IMG/VR virus record: IMGVR_UViG_3300046167_000364
Coordinates: 1 to 58,241 of that record
Reading direction: 5' to 3' (one strand)
From: a virus
Lineage: Duplodnaviria > Caudoviricetes
DNA length: 58,241 bases
A program made the translations under genes and the position numbers. This document shows positions 18,873 through 26,142 of the stretch, piece by piece. How positions within the stretch are numbered: the stretch's first letter is position 1; each line of letters begins with the position of its first letter. Below the pieces are notes generated by a model. It had not been told where the DNA came from. It searched no databases and was given only the letters and a program-made list of their open reading frames with translations.

Positions 18873-19165
18873 GTGAAGAAAAGAAATTTGTAGACGGCAT
18901 GATCGTCAAGCTACCACCAGATACAGCACCGGACTTTGTAAAGTTAAAGCTGTCATTCAAGCTTGATGAGTTTGGCGCATGGATAGGATCGCAGAAAGCT
19001 GATGACCCATCGCTTGAGTGGATCAATGTCGAGATCAAAGAGGGTCGATCTGGTAAGTGGTATGCTGAGCGTGATACGTTTAAGCCAACGCCACAACAGC
19101 CAGCCCGTCAGCCTGCTCGCAGTGGCCCGCCAAAGTCAGTGCCGAATGACGACATCCCTTGGTAA
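18869..19165 (+). CDS. Putative single-stranded DNA-binding protein
   Basis: Follows annealase; flexible tail ending DDIPW. Confidence 0.6.
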   Translation: MSEEKKFVDGMIVKLPPDTAPDFVKLKLSFKLDEFGAWIGSQKADDPSLEWINVEIKEGRSGKWYAERDTFKPTPQQPARQPARSGPPKSVPNDDIPW

Positions 19166-19204
19166 CTTCCAGTGTGGGGTTTTGGTTCCTTTCCCCGCAC
19201 CCTT

Positions 19205-19227
19205 GCCCCGTCCTGCGGGGCTTTTTT
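19205..19227 (+). terminator. Intrinsic terminator
   Basis: GCCCCG-tcctg-CGGGGC-TTTTTT; stem conserved in B with a different loop. Confidence 0.8.
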
Positions 19228-19240
19228 ATAGGAGAAAACA

Positions 19241-19414
19241 ATGGCTGAATACGTTTACTACCGCGAACTGTTCGAGATCTTCAAGGCGTACACTACGCCA
19301 AAACTTATCCGCGTACTGGAATCTCAAGGTATCGAGTATTTAACTGATGCCAAGGGCAAGCCTTTTACTACGCGCTCCGCCATCGAAGGTGCCCTCGTCA
19401 AGTCCGAGTCGTAA
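19241..19414 (+). CDS. 57-aa DUF4224/Xis-like DNA-binding protein (not in ORF track)
   Basis: AGGAG RBS; MAEYVYYRELFEIFK...QGIEYLTDAKGKPFTTR; homolog 55238-55420. Confidence 0.7.
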   Translation: MAEYVYYRELFEIFKAYTTPKLIRVLESQGIEYLTDAKGKPFTTRSAIEGALVKSES

Positions 19415-19620
19415 TCCTTACCACCGAGTAGCTTCGGGCCTCTCCGTGCCAGCGGAGGGGTTCGTTTTAGTTGGATAGGGGTGGTGCCTTGGGGTTGTCC
19501 AGTGCCAACATCTTGCAAGCATCGTGCCACCGGAGGAAAGGGGTGCGGCGTTTTTGCCCATTGGTACGCCGCGAACCAACTACCGGGGAAGAGAACTTGC
19601 CCCTGGACAAAGGCAGTGTA

Positions 19621-19827
19621 TCACTCCCTGAAACTGTATTGCCATTCGGTAGCATCATCAAATCCATATGTGTAATGAATGCTTGATCCGATGCTAGATC
19701 TACCTTCAACAGCATCGTTCCAACCAGCCCGGTAATCAGACTTAATAAGGCTAATGTAATCTTGCATGTGCCATCCGCATGGGTCGGTGTCGATCATGGG
19801 TACGGCCTTTAAAGGATCTAGTGCCAT
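19621..19827 (-). CDS. Hypothetical early protein
   Basis: DYRAGWNDA motif shared with 55494-55775. Confidence 0.65.
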   Translation of the reverse strand: MALDPLKAVPMIDTDPCGWHMQDYISLIKSDYRAGWNDAVEGRSSIGSSIHYTYGFDDATEWQYSFRE

Positions 19828-20132
19828 GTCCTTTCCCCTCCATTTGTTTTTATAATCTCCCATACAACATCTTCATCATTGATAATTTTGTGACCATTCC
19901 AATCACACATAAAAATATGCAGATCGACTATCTCTCGAGATGCCAATTGACCCCATGCCTCGCTGTACTCAATCTCTGATTCAGCAATAAAGTTAGCTTC
20001 AACCTCATTCATATTTACAAACAAGTGCAGAACGCCCTTCTCTGAATCATAGTCTTCGATCTCAGCGCCCATGTAATCGTCAGCATCTTCTTCGATGCTA
20101 CCGTGTACGAGAATGTTGATTTTTCCTAGCAT
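19818..20132 (-). CDS. Hypothetical acidic early protein
   Basis: GAEIEDYD...EAWGQ shared with 55765-56073. Confidence 0.7.
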   Translation of the reverse strand: MLGKINILVHGSIEEDADDYMGAEIEDYDSEKGVLHLFVNMNEVEANFIAESEIEYSEAWGQLASREIVDLHIFMCDWNGHKIINDEDVVWEIIKTNGGERTWH

Positions 20133-20301
20133 TTTTAAACACCTCATTTAGCTTTGATGTAGGTATACCATCCGAGTGACCATTGCCCAAGGCTTCAAAG
20201 ACAAACTGTTGCATGTCTGAAAAGTCAGGCTCGCGTCTTTGTACTCGGCATACATTGAAGTAAACCCGAAGCAATGACTCCGGGTAATAACGATCAGGCA
20301 C
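20098..20301 (-). CDS. Hypothetical early protein
   Basis: RYYP..L.RVYF..C shared with 56051-56239. Confidence 0.7.
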   Translation of the reverse strand: MPDRYYPESLLRVYFNVCRVQRREPDFSDMQQFVFEALGNGHSDGIPTSKLNEVFKNARKNQHSRTR

Positions 20302-20509
20302 AATCTCTCTCCGGTTCTTTTTCTAAAACACCAAGAGTCACTTTAATACCCATGTCATGCAGGCGCTTTACGCAATCTGCTAAGTGATCTTTTGCGCGAT
20401 CAAGTTCGTGAAGCGACTCCCAATCTTGGTGGTCAATATAGATATCAAGCGCATCGTGATAGGCACGGTACTTCATTGCATAGGCTTCAACTGCTAATCG
20501 GATGTCCAT
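20294..20509 (-). CDS. Hypothetical early protein (A only)
   Basis: AAGGAGG RBS; tight packing. Confidence 0.6.
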   Translation of the reverse strand: MDIRLAVEAYAMKYRAYHDALDIYIDHQDWESLHELDRAKDHLADCVKRLHDMGIKVTLGVLEKEPERDCA

Positions 20510-20871
20510 TAGAATGCCTCCTTGCTTTCTATCTTTCCTAGCTCTTCGCGTAGGTAATGAATAGATGAATTGATATCAAGCATAGTCATACCAGTGCCAT
20601 CGGTTAGCTTTGACTGAGGGATCTTGTCTAGCTCTGCATGTGCAATACGCAAATGCTCAATGGCTTTCTTTAGCTTGTCCCGTCCGTCGATGTGTACAAT
20701 CTTTTCGTCTTTGATGATGTCGGGAAACAAACTCTTAGCTACCACACGAACAGCTTGCGGGTAGACATTTTCTGGCTTGTACAAGTCAAGCACGTTGTCG
20801 ATAAGAACCTTGATCTCTGACTCCAACAACTCAGGGCAGATCTGTTCAAAGTAAGTTTTAGTTAAGTCCAT
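20509..20871 (-). CDS. Hypothetical early protein
   Basis: CPEL...ENVY...SLF shared with 56236-56562. Confidence 0.7.
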   Translation of the reverse strand: MDLTKTYFEQICPELLESEIKVLIDNVLDLYKPENVYPQAVRVVAKSLFPDIIKDEKIVHIDGRDKLKKAIEHLRIAHAELDKIPQSKLTDGTGMTMLDINSSIHYLREELGKIESKEAF

Positions 20872-20893
20872 TGTTTTCTCCTTTGGTAGTGAG

Positions 20894-20933
20894 GGATTTC
20901 CGCAGCCCCCGCCGAAGCCGGGGTGCGGAATCC
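20894..20933 (-). promoter_or_regulatory. Long intergenic RNA hairpin with cUUCGg loop
   Basis: Minus strand GGATTCCGCACCCCGGC-TTCG-GCGGGGGCTGCGGAAATCC, no U tract. Confidence 0.65.
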
Positions 20934-20940
20934 TGAACGG

Positions 20941-21126
20941 TTATTGCTCTATTCTTGCTCTTGAAATTCCTTCCCAATACCCTTCATATAAATCTTGTGC
21001 TATGTGTCTAATTACAGATCTGTCTTCATTACATTCTGCTCCTTGCTCTGCAATCCAAAGATCAATAGCTTTGCCGTAGCAAAATAAGTAAATTGAACCG
21101 TCATCTATGTGTATTGTATTTTCCAT
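20941..21126 (-). CDS. Hypothetical AT-rich early protein
   Basis: AAGGAG RBS. Confidence 0.55.
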   Translation of the reverse strand: MENTIHIDDGSIYLFCYGKAIDLWIAEQGAECNEDRSVIRHIAQDLYEGYWEGISRARIEQ

Positions 21127-21144
21127 AACATTCTCCTTGGTTAG

Positions 21145-21978
21145 TTATGCGGCTTGGTTGTCATACTTTCGCATGAGTTCAAATTGCGACATGCAATACT
21201 CGAATGCTTTCTGCGCATCCTTTGCCGCTGTCGTAATGTATCGAGGATCAGACTTGATGGCCTTCTGCCATGACTTGATATAGCTGGCGTGTTGGCTGAT
21301 GTCATAGGTCACACCCAGCTGAGCGCATAGAAAGATAGATCCTAACTCTGCAACTAACTCTTCTTTGGCATAGTCTTCATGTCCAAACGCACCAGTCAGA
21401 TCACGATCTAGTCGTTTGCTGTGACCGGTAGAGTGAATGCACTCGTGATAAAAGGTGGATTGATAAGCATCGTCAGACTCAAATTGCCCTGGCATAGGCA
21501 TCCGAATCTGGTCAGCTGAAGGTGAGTAACACGGGTTGTGGTGCTCTGCATTACTCACTTTGACTTGCAGTGCGTCGGCAATCTCGTTTGGATTGTCGAG
21601 CCTGCTTTCTCGTATTGGTATCTCAGGTAACTCGATACCTGTTTGGTCAATGTTGAATAAGTTGTATACCTTTGCAAAAGCAAACTCCTTTTCAGGATCT
21701 TTCTTGTCCTTAGCTTTGCTAAAGAAGATTGCAGGTGTTGCCTTCTGACCTTTAACACTACCGCCAAGCTGTTGCACTTGGTTCCATGTAAGCCAGTAGG
21801 GTTTAGTGTAGCCATATTTCCAGCTAGCAATCATTGTCATTAGCTGGTTCGTGCCATTGTATGGGCGCTTAGTCACCCAGTTTTGGTGGAGGCAAGACTG
21901 TGACTCCCATGTCTTGCGCCATGTAGTCTCGTCTGCCATAGCAGACTCAACGAGTTCAACGATTCGATCATATTTCAT
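21145..21978 (-). CDS. ardC: ArdC-like ssDNA-binding antirestriction protein with zincin domain
   Basis: PYNGTN, YWLTWNQVQQLGGSVKG, YNLFNIDQT, HECIHSTGH, YAKEELVAE. Confidence 0.85.
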   Translation of the reverse strand: MKYDRIVELVESAMADETTWRKTWESQSCLHQNWVTKRPYNGTNQLMTMIASWKYGYTKPYWLTWNQVQQLGGSVKGQKATPAIFFSKAKDKKDPEKEFAFAKVYNLFNIDQTGIELPEIPIRESRLDNPNEIADALQVKVSNAEHHNPCYSPSADQIRMPMPGQFESDDAYQSTFYHECIHSTGHSKRLDRDLTGAFGHEDYAKEELVAELGSIFLCAQLGVTYDISQHASYIKSWQKAIKSDPRYITTAAKDAQKAFEYCMSQFELMRKYDNQAA

Positions 21979-22019
21979 AACAGTTCCTTTTTGGTTTTGG
22001 TTAGTAAACTTTATCAAAG

Positions 22020-22235
22020 TTATGCAGAGTTATCCAAAGTTTCTGTCACCATTGTCTCTTTGATGATAGAAATAACTTCGCTTTTATTGAGTCCGAACTC
22101 AAATGCCCATATCGTAAAGCCCGACCAGTTAGGCTGAGCTTTGCCATAAACGTAATGTTCTAGATTCATTAGCACAGTCTCGCCAATCATTCCTTTGGTG
22201 TACCACTTGGGATCTAAGCTTCGTAAGTTATCCAT
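22020..22235 (-). CDS. Hypothetical early protein
   Basis: F..W...FGL....I.I.KE weakly shared with 56559-56729. Confidence 0.6.
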   Translation of the reverse strand: MDNLRSLDPKWYTKGMIGETVLMNLEHYVYGKAQPNWSGFTIWAFEFGLNKSEVISIIKETMVTETLDNSA

Positions 22236-22236
22236 T

Positions 22237-22407
22237 TCACACTCCTGTGTTTATTTGCTCATAGCCTGTCATCGTGTCGTACAAATCATGTAGACCAAAC
22301 AGCAGGCGTTGAATGTCAGCATCAGTTTCATCGTAGTAAAACTCCATGATCGCTAACGTCTTGCCATCGGCATCGTAAATCCGATACGTCCTGTATGCCT
22401 TACTCAT
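22237..22407 (-). CDS. Hypothetical early protein
   Basis: GGAG RBS; overlap-coupled with upstream gene. Confidence 0.55.
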   Translation of the reverse strand: MSKAYRTYRIYDADGKTLAIMEFYYDETDADIQRLLFGLHDLYDTMTGYEQINTGV

Positions 22408-22822
22408 CGTATGGATACTCCACTTCTGCTTCGTCATCTTCTGTTGACTCGTCACCTAACGAATGACCTTCGCTGTAATGCTCTTCATCGTACTGTGCCA
22501 TGCAAAGATCAATGCGTTTATCGGCAACGTCAGTCGCCCATTCGATGGCATCGTCTTCGTTCTTTGCAAGCACCTTAACAATCGACACTACATTGGTGGT
22601 TACCTCAATGCAGTAAACGCGTTTGTCTATGGACTCTTTGAGTTCCATGATTCGATCTTCGGTGTAACTCAACGACATTCGTATCTGTCGCAAGTCTTCA
22701 ATTGCATCGTTACTTAACTCTTCAGTGACATTGGCATCGTTTAGGTGATGAAGTAGCCGACTGCGATAGTCGACTAACTCGTGAAACAAACCTTCGAGGT
22801 CATTGATTAACTGGTCTTTCAT
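22400..22822 (-). CDS. Hypothetical acidic early protein
   Basis: GGAGG RBS; V.A.NEDDA motif. Confidence 0.65.
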   Translation of the reverse strand: MKDQLINDLEGLFHELVDYRSRLLHHLNDANVTEELSNDAIEDLRQIRMSLSYTEDRIMELKESIDKRVYCIEVTTNVVSIVKVLAKNEDDAIEWATDVADKRIDLCMAQYDEEHYSEGHSLGDESTEDDEAEVEYPYDE

Positions 22823-23007
22823 GCTACATCCTCCGTTGGTATTACATCTATTTGTACTGCTTCCAAATCTAACAAGCGTGGCCTGTCATCTAGCAGATCA
22901 CCTTCGCGCCATCCGATAATTGCATGGGCTCGTGCCAGGCATTCATCGTCAGCTTCCACCATCACTATGTGACGTGTTGTTTCTATCAATGTAACTATGT
23001 ATTCCAT
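22819..23007 (-). CDS. Hypothetical early protein
   Basis: AAGGA RBS; V.VEADDE..A motif. Confidence 0.6.
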   Translation of the reverse strand: MEYIVTLIETTRHIVMVEADDECLARAHAIIGWREGDLLDDRPRLLDLEAVQIDVIPTEDVA

Positions 23008-23035
23008 AACTAATTCCTTTTATAAATTAAATTAA

Positions 23036-23281
23036 CAGACCGCCGTTCGGCGGCGCGACCCGACACCGGCGCTGTCCAGCCGGTATAATCGTCGGTCGCC
23101 CGACTCGGCGTGTCTGGCGTCAAAGCTGGCGTGATGCGCTAGCCACCATCGCACCATGGATAACAGCTATAACAACTAAAACTATTAAGTAATGCGATCC
23201 GGGACAGGCACGCGGAAAGCGGAGGCTTCAGCCGTAGCGGTAAATAGCGCGGCTTGCCGCGGCTACCGCGTGACCTGGCCC
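23036..23281. other. Two GC-rich branched stem-loop domains (structured ssDNA or ncRNA)
   Basis: Nested complementarity at 23036-23116 and 23201-23281. Confidence 0.65.
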
Positions 23282-23301
23282 TCAAGATTGGAGACCAACA
23301 T

Positions 23302-23325
23302 AAAAAAAGGAGGCCTAAGCCTCCT
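23302..23325 (-). terminator. Intrinsic terminator
   Basis: Minus strand AGGAGGC-TTAG-GCCTCCT followed by T tract. Confidence 0.8.
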
Positions 23326-23557
23326 CGATTGAGTCGTATGTAAGTTCGTCTTGCTCACGCAGACCATCCATGTACTCGATAAACGACTCACGCAACTGGG
23401 CCGTTGCTTGCTCGTCTATTTTATTTCGCAGTGACTCATACGGATGGTCCTTGAGCAAACGAAGAAGGATGTCTGCCTCTCTAACGGAGACGCGTAGCTT
23501 TAATCCATTCTTCCTGATTCGATAACGCTTTGCTCTAGTTTTGTTACTCATAGTCAT
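23315..23557 (-). CDS. Hypothetical early protein with basic N-terminus
   Basis: AAGGAG RBS; ends in terminator. Confidence 0.65.
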   Translation of the reverse strand: MTMSNKTRAKRYRIRKNGLKLRVSVREADILLRLLKDHPYESLRNKIDEQATAQLRESFIEYMDGLREQDELTYDSIEEA

Positions 23558-23578
23558 GATAGAACTCCTTTGTATGAA

Positions 23579-23594
23579 GGGGGCCGAAGCCCCC
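23579..23594 (-). promoter_or_regulatory. Intergenic cUUCGg hairpin upstream of RBS
   Basis: GGGGGC-TTCG-GCCCCC on minus strand. Confidence 0.6.
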
Positions 23595-23602
23595 GAATGG
23601 AT

Positions 23603-23959
23603 TTAAGCGATCTTGCGAGTCTTCGGTTTCACGACCTTTTTGGAGTCCGTTACTGCCGAAGGCTGTGTCTGCTTTAGTAAATGTGGGTTGATAAACTCTT
23701 CTTCGTCGTGAAAGTTAGAAGACATCTCGACTTGCTGGCCTAACTTGTAAAGGTCGATAGTACCTGTGATGTTTGGGCGTCTCCCTTCCGGGCTAGCGTC
23801 CGCCCAGAACGAGTACGGTAGACGTAAGCTTGAACCATCCTCAAACTCAATGGCGACACTGCCTGCGTGTGTTGGACGCTTGCCTTGATGGAACTGATTA
23901 GTCCAGCCAGCAATTGAGATTGACTTGATTTTGTTTTTCATTTCGTTAGAAGTTTTCAT
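23603..23959 (-). CDS. Hypothetical protein, first early gene of A
   Basis: AAGGA RBS; 118 aa. Confidence 0.65.
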   Translation of the reverse strand: MKTSNEMKNKIKSISIAGWTNQFHQGKRPTHAGSVAIEFEDGSSLRLPYSFWADASPEGRRPNITGTIDLYKLGQQVEMSSNFHDEEEFINPHLLKQTQPSAVTDSKKVVKPKTRKIA

Positions 23960-23985
23960 CTTGAGATTCCTTTTCTCTATATGAT

Positions 23986-24517
23986 TGAAGAGTCCCGAAG
24001 GGACACTTCATGAACAGCATGGATCAGAGGGGATCAGATTCGCTCTGGCCGACCCGGATCATTTCCGGATGTGTCCTTTTCCGGTAATGATGCGGACTCG
24101 GACAAATCTGATGGTCAAGACAACCGAAAAAATCCCCAAGGATTTTTAGCTATCGGTTCTTGCGCCCGCTTTAGCGGGTGGTCTTGAACTGTTCCCCTCC
24201 CATGCTATTGACTGCACGCGCAACATGGATGGGTAATCGGTGGCCCTGACAAGGTTGCGTGCACTTTACCAGCCGGAGGCTGGCGCAAATCCGATAGGAT
24301 TTCCTTGTCAACCGATTAACCGGGCATGTGAATAGCGCGCGTGCGCGAGCGGCTATAAAACGGTTTAGGCGAGTAGCCGGCCGCGGGGAATCCCCGCATA
24401 GGGGATTACCAAGGTAAACCGTAGCCTTACAGCGAGCCAACGGTGGTGGCATTACCGCGAGGCAGAGCCGAGCCAGAGGGAATATCATTCCCGATGCGGT
24501 AGATATCAGTGCTCTGC
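23986..24517. other. About 530 nt array of closed multi-stem domains (structured ssDNA or large ncRNA)
   Basis: Closing helices at 24016-24206, 24214-24344, 24351-24426, 24462-24517 plus hairpin 23986-24010. Confidence 0.7.
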
Positions 24518-24781
24518 TGGTTAACTTGGTAACTATTGGAAACCACTTCAAGAGGGTACTTCACAGACTCACACTCATTGGCACCACTAATCGTATATCC
24601 GGTTATATATCGAATGCACCTGTATGGTTTAGCTTGGCATATATCAAATCTGCCAGGTCTTTCAGGTTAAATAGTGGGATGATTGATACCGGGGGGGGTA
24701 ACTTGACGTCGGTACAATTAATAGTTCCCACCCACATACAAAAAAAGCGGATTTTGAAAGTGCAACGGGGGGTCTAAACTT

Positions 24782-24827
24782 GGGCATTACGGGCATTCTG
24801 ACCTTTTCCGGGCATTCTGGGCATTCT
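24782..24827 (+). repeat. Second cluster of GGGCATTCT iterons
   Basis: GGGCATTAC GGGCATTCT N10 GGGCATTCT GGGCATTCT. Confidence 0.8.
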
Positions 24828-24929
24828 AAACAGGGTTTTTGCGGTTGCTTTAACTTCCTGATTACCAAAGGAATAATGAAGAGGTTTTTATTCCGTTAAG
24901 TTATAAGGTAGGATTTATATTGAAGGGTG

Positions 24930-24958
24930 TTGATTAGCACTCAGGACATATATAGGAT
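24930..24958 (+). promoter_or_regulatory. Candidate late promoter upstream of terS
   Basis: TTGATT-17-TAGGAT. Confidence 0.5.
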
Positions 24959-24996
24959 AGGGAGGGTGGGTTGGTTAAATAGCCAACTTAAAATTT

Positions 24997-25452
24997 ATGG
25001 CATCAGAGTACGTTAAACAGCGCAAAGCTGAGATCAAGAAGAGAAAGCAGGAGTCTGGCAGGCCATCCAAGAAGGATTTGGCGGCTAACTCTCCCGGTGG
25101 TAGGGGCAAGCCCGGTCGACCGAAGGGTGATGCTACGATAATCAATGAGTATAAGTCGCGTATGCTGGCTTCTCCGAAGTCCAAGCGTGTACTTGATACT
25201 ATCTTTGATGCGGCATTAGACCATGACCATAAGAATCAGGCGGCGGCATGGAAGTTAGTAATGGATAGAATCCTGCCTGTGGCGGCATTTGAAAAAGATG
25301 TCGTGCAAAATGGCGGGAAATCTGCTATTCAGATCAACATTACGGGTGTGGGTGCCGCTGAGGTTAAGGATGTTGGCGTGGACTCCAGCGAATTCGATCC
25401 CAACACTATCCAACCTACGGTGATTAACGGGGACAACGGTGAAATACTTTAG
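24997..25452 (+). CDS. terS: Putative terminase small subunit
   Basis: GRP motifs, AWKLVMDRILP, IQINITG; upstream of terL. Confidence 0.65.
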   Translation: MASEYVKQRKAEIKKRKQESGRPSKKDLAANSPGGRGKPGRPKGDATIINEYKSRMLASPKSKRVLDTIFDAALDHDHKNQAAAWKLVMDRILPVAAFEKDVVQNGGKSAIQINITGVGAAEVKDVGVDSSEFDPNTIQPTVINGDNGEIL

Positions 25453-25783
25453 GCTAGAAGAGTTTAACTGCACGCATACCAACAAAAACGAAATGGATGA
25501 CGCGTTTCTGGAGAAATTAGACCAGTTACGCGAAGCCTGTGGCTTTCCTTTCGTGATTACCTCGGGGTACAGGGATTCTACCCACCCCAACGAGGCGAGT
25601 AAGGAAAAGCCTGGGACGCATTCGCAGGGTATCGCCTGTGATATCCGCGTAACCAATGGTGTTGAGCGCATGAATATCGTTCACGAGGCGTTAAAGCTTA
25701 ATTTTGGTGGGATTGGCGTGGCTAGATCCTTTGTTCACGTCGATAGCAGGGACACAACCCCTGTAATGTGGACGTATTCCTGA
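25439..25783 (+). CDS. Peptidase M15 family endolysin
   Basis: FxLEEFxC, ITSGYR, HSQGIACDI, FVHVD. Confidence 0.85.
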   Translation: MKYFRLEEFNCTHTNKNEMDDAFLEKLDQLREACGFPFVITSGYRDSTHPNEASKEKPGTHSQGIACDIRVTNGVERMNIVHEALKLNFGGIGVARSFVHVDSRDTTPVMWTYS

Positions 25784-26136
25784 TGCTGTACACCAAAAAC
25801 AAGAACCTAACGGATACTTCTACGCAGACAATCGTAGAAATCCCTGCTGGTTACGTGGCTCACTGGAATATGGCGTTTATTGCTAACCTGCATAACTCTA
25901 CCAATGACATTACGTTGTTTGTAGACAAGCCCAGCCCCACAGAAGATGTGTATATCTACAACGGTACTAACATATCCTCGAAGGAAAATCTGTTGATTGA
26001 CGGTAATGCCGTGTTTGTTTTACAGCCCGGGGACATTATTAAGGCGTCTAGTGGTAGTGCAGGTAACGTAGAGGTAGTTGTTACCTTTGACTTGATAGAA
26101 GCGTCCCCGGTGTTTAATAACTTCAACGGATCATAG
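25783..26136 (+). CDS. Hypothetical beta-rich protein
   Basis: TGATG coupling; FVLQPGDIIKAS motif. Confidence 0.65.
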   Translation: MLYTKNKNLTDTSTQTIVEIPAGYVAHWNMAFIANLHNSTNDITLFVDKPSPTEDVYIYNGTNISSKENLLIDGNAVFVLQPGDIIKASSGSAGNVEVVVTFDLIEASPVFNNFNGS

Positions 26137-26142
26137 TTTTCT

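Noticed and set aside
19241-19620. Integration module / attP
   Set aside because: No integrase, host flanks or att core found.
23986-24517. tRNA, tmRNA or group I intron; ORF 24171-24551
   Set aside because: No T-loop/CCA cloverleaf or intron core recognised; the region is intergenic; the ORF has no RBS and atypical composition.
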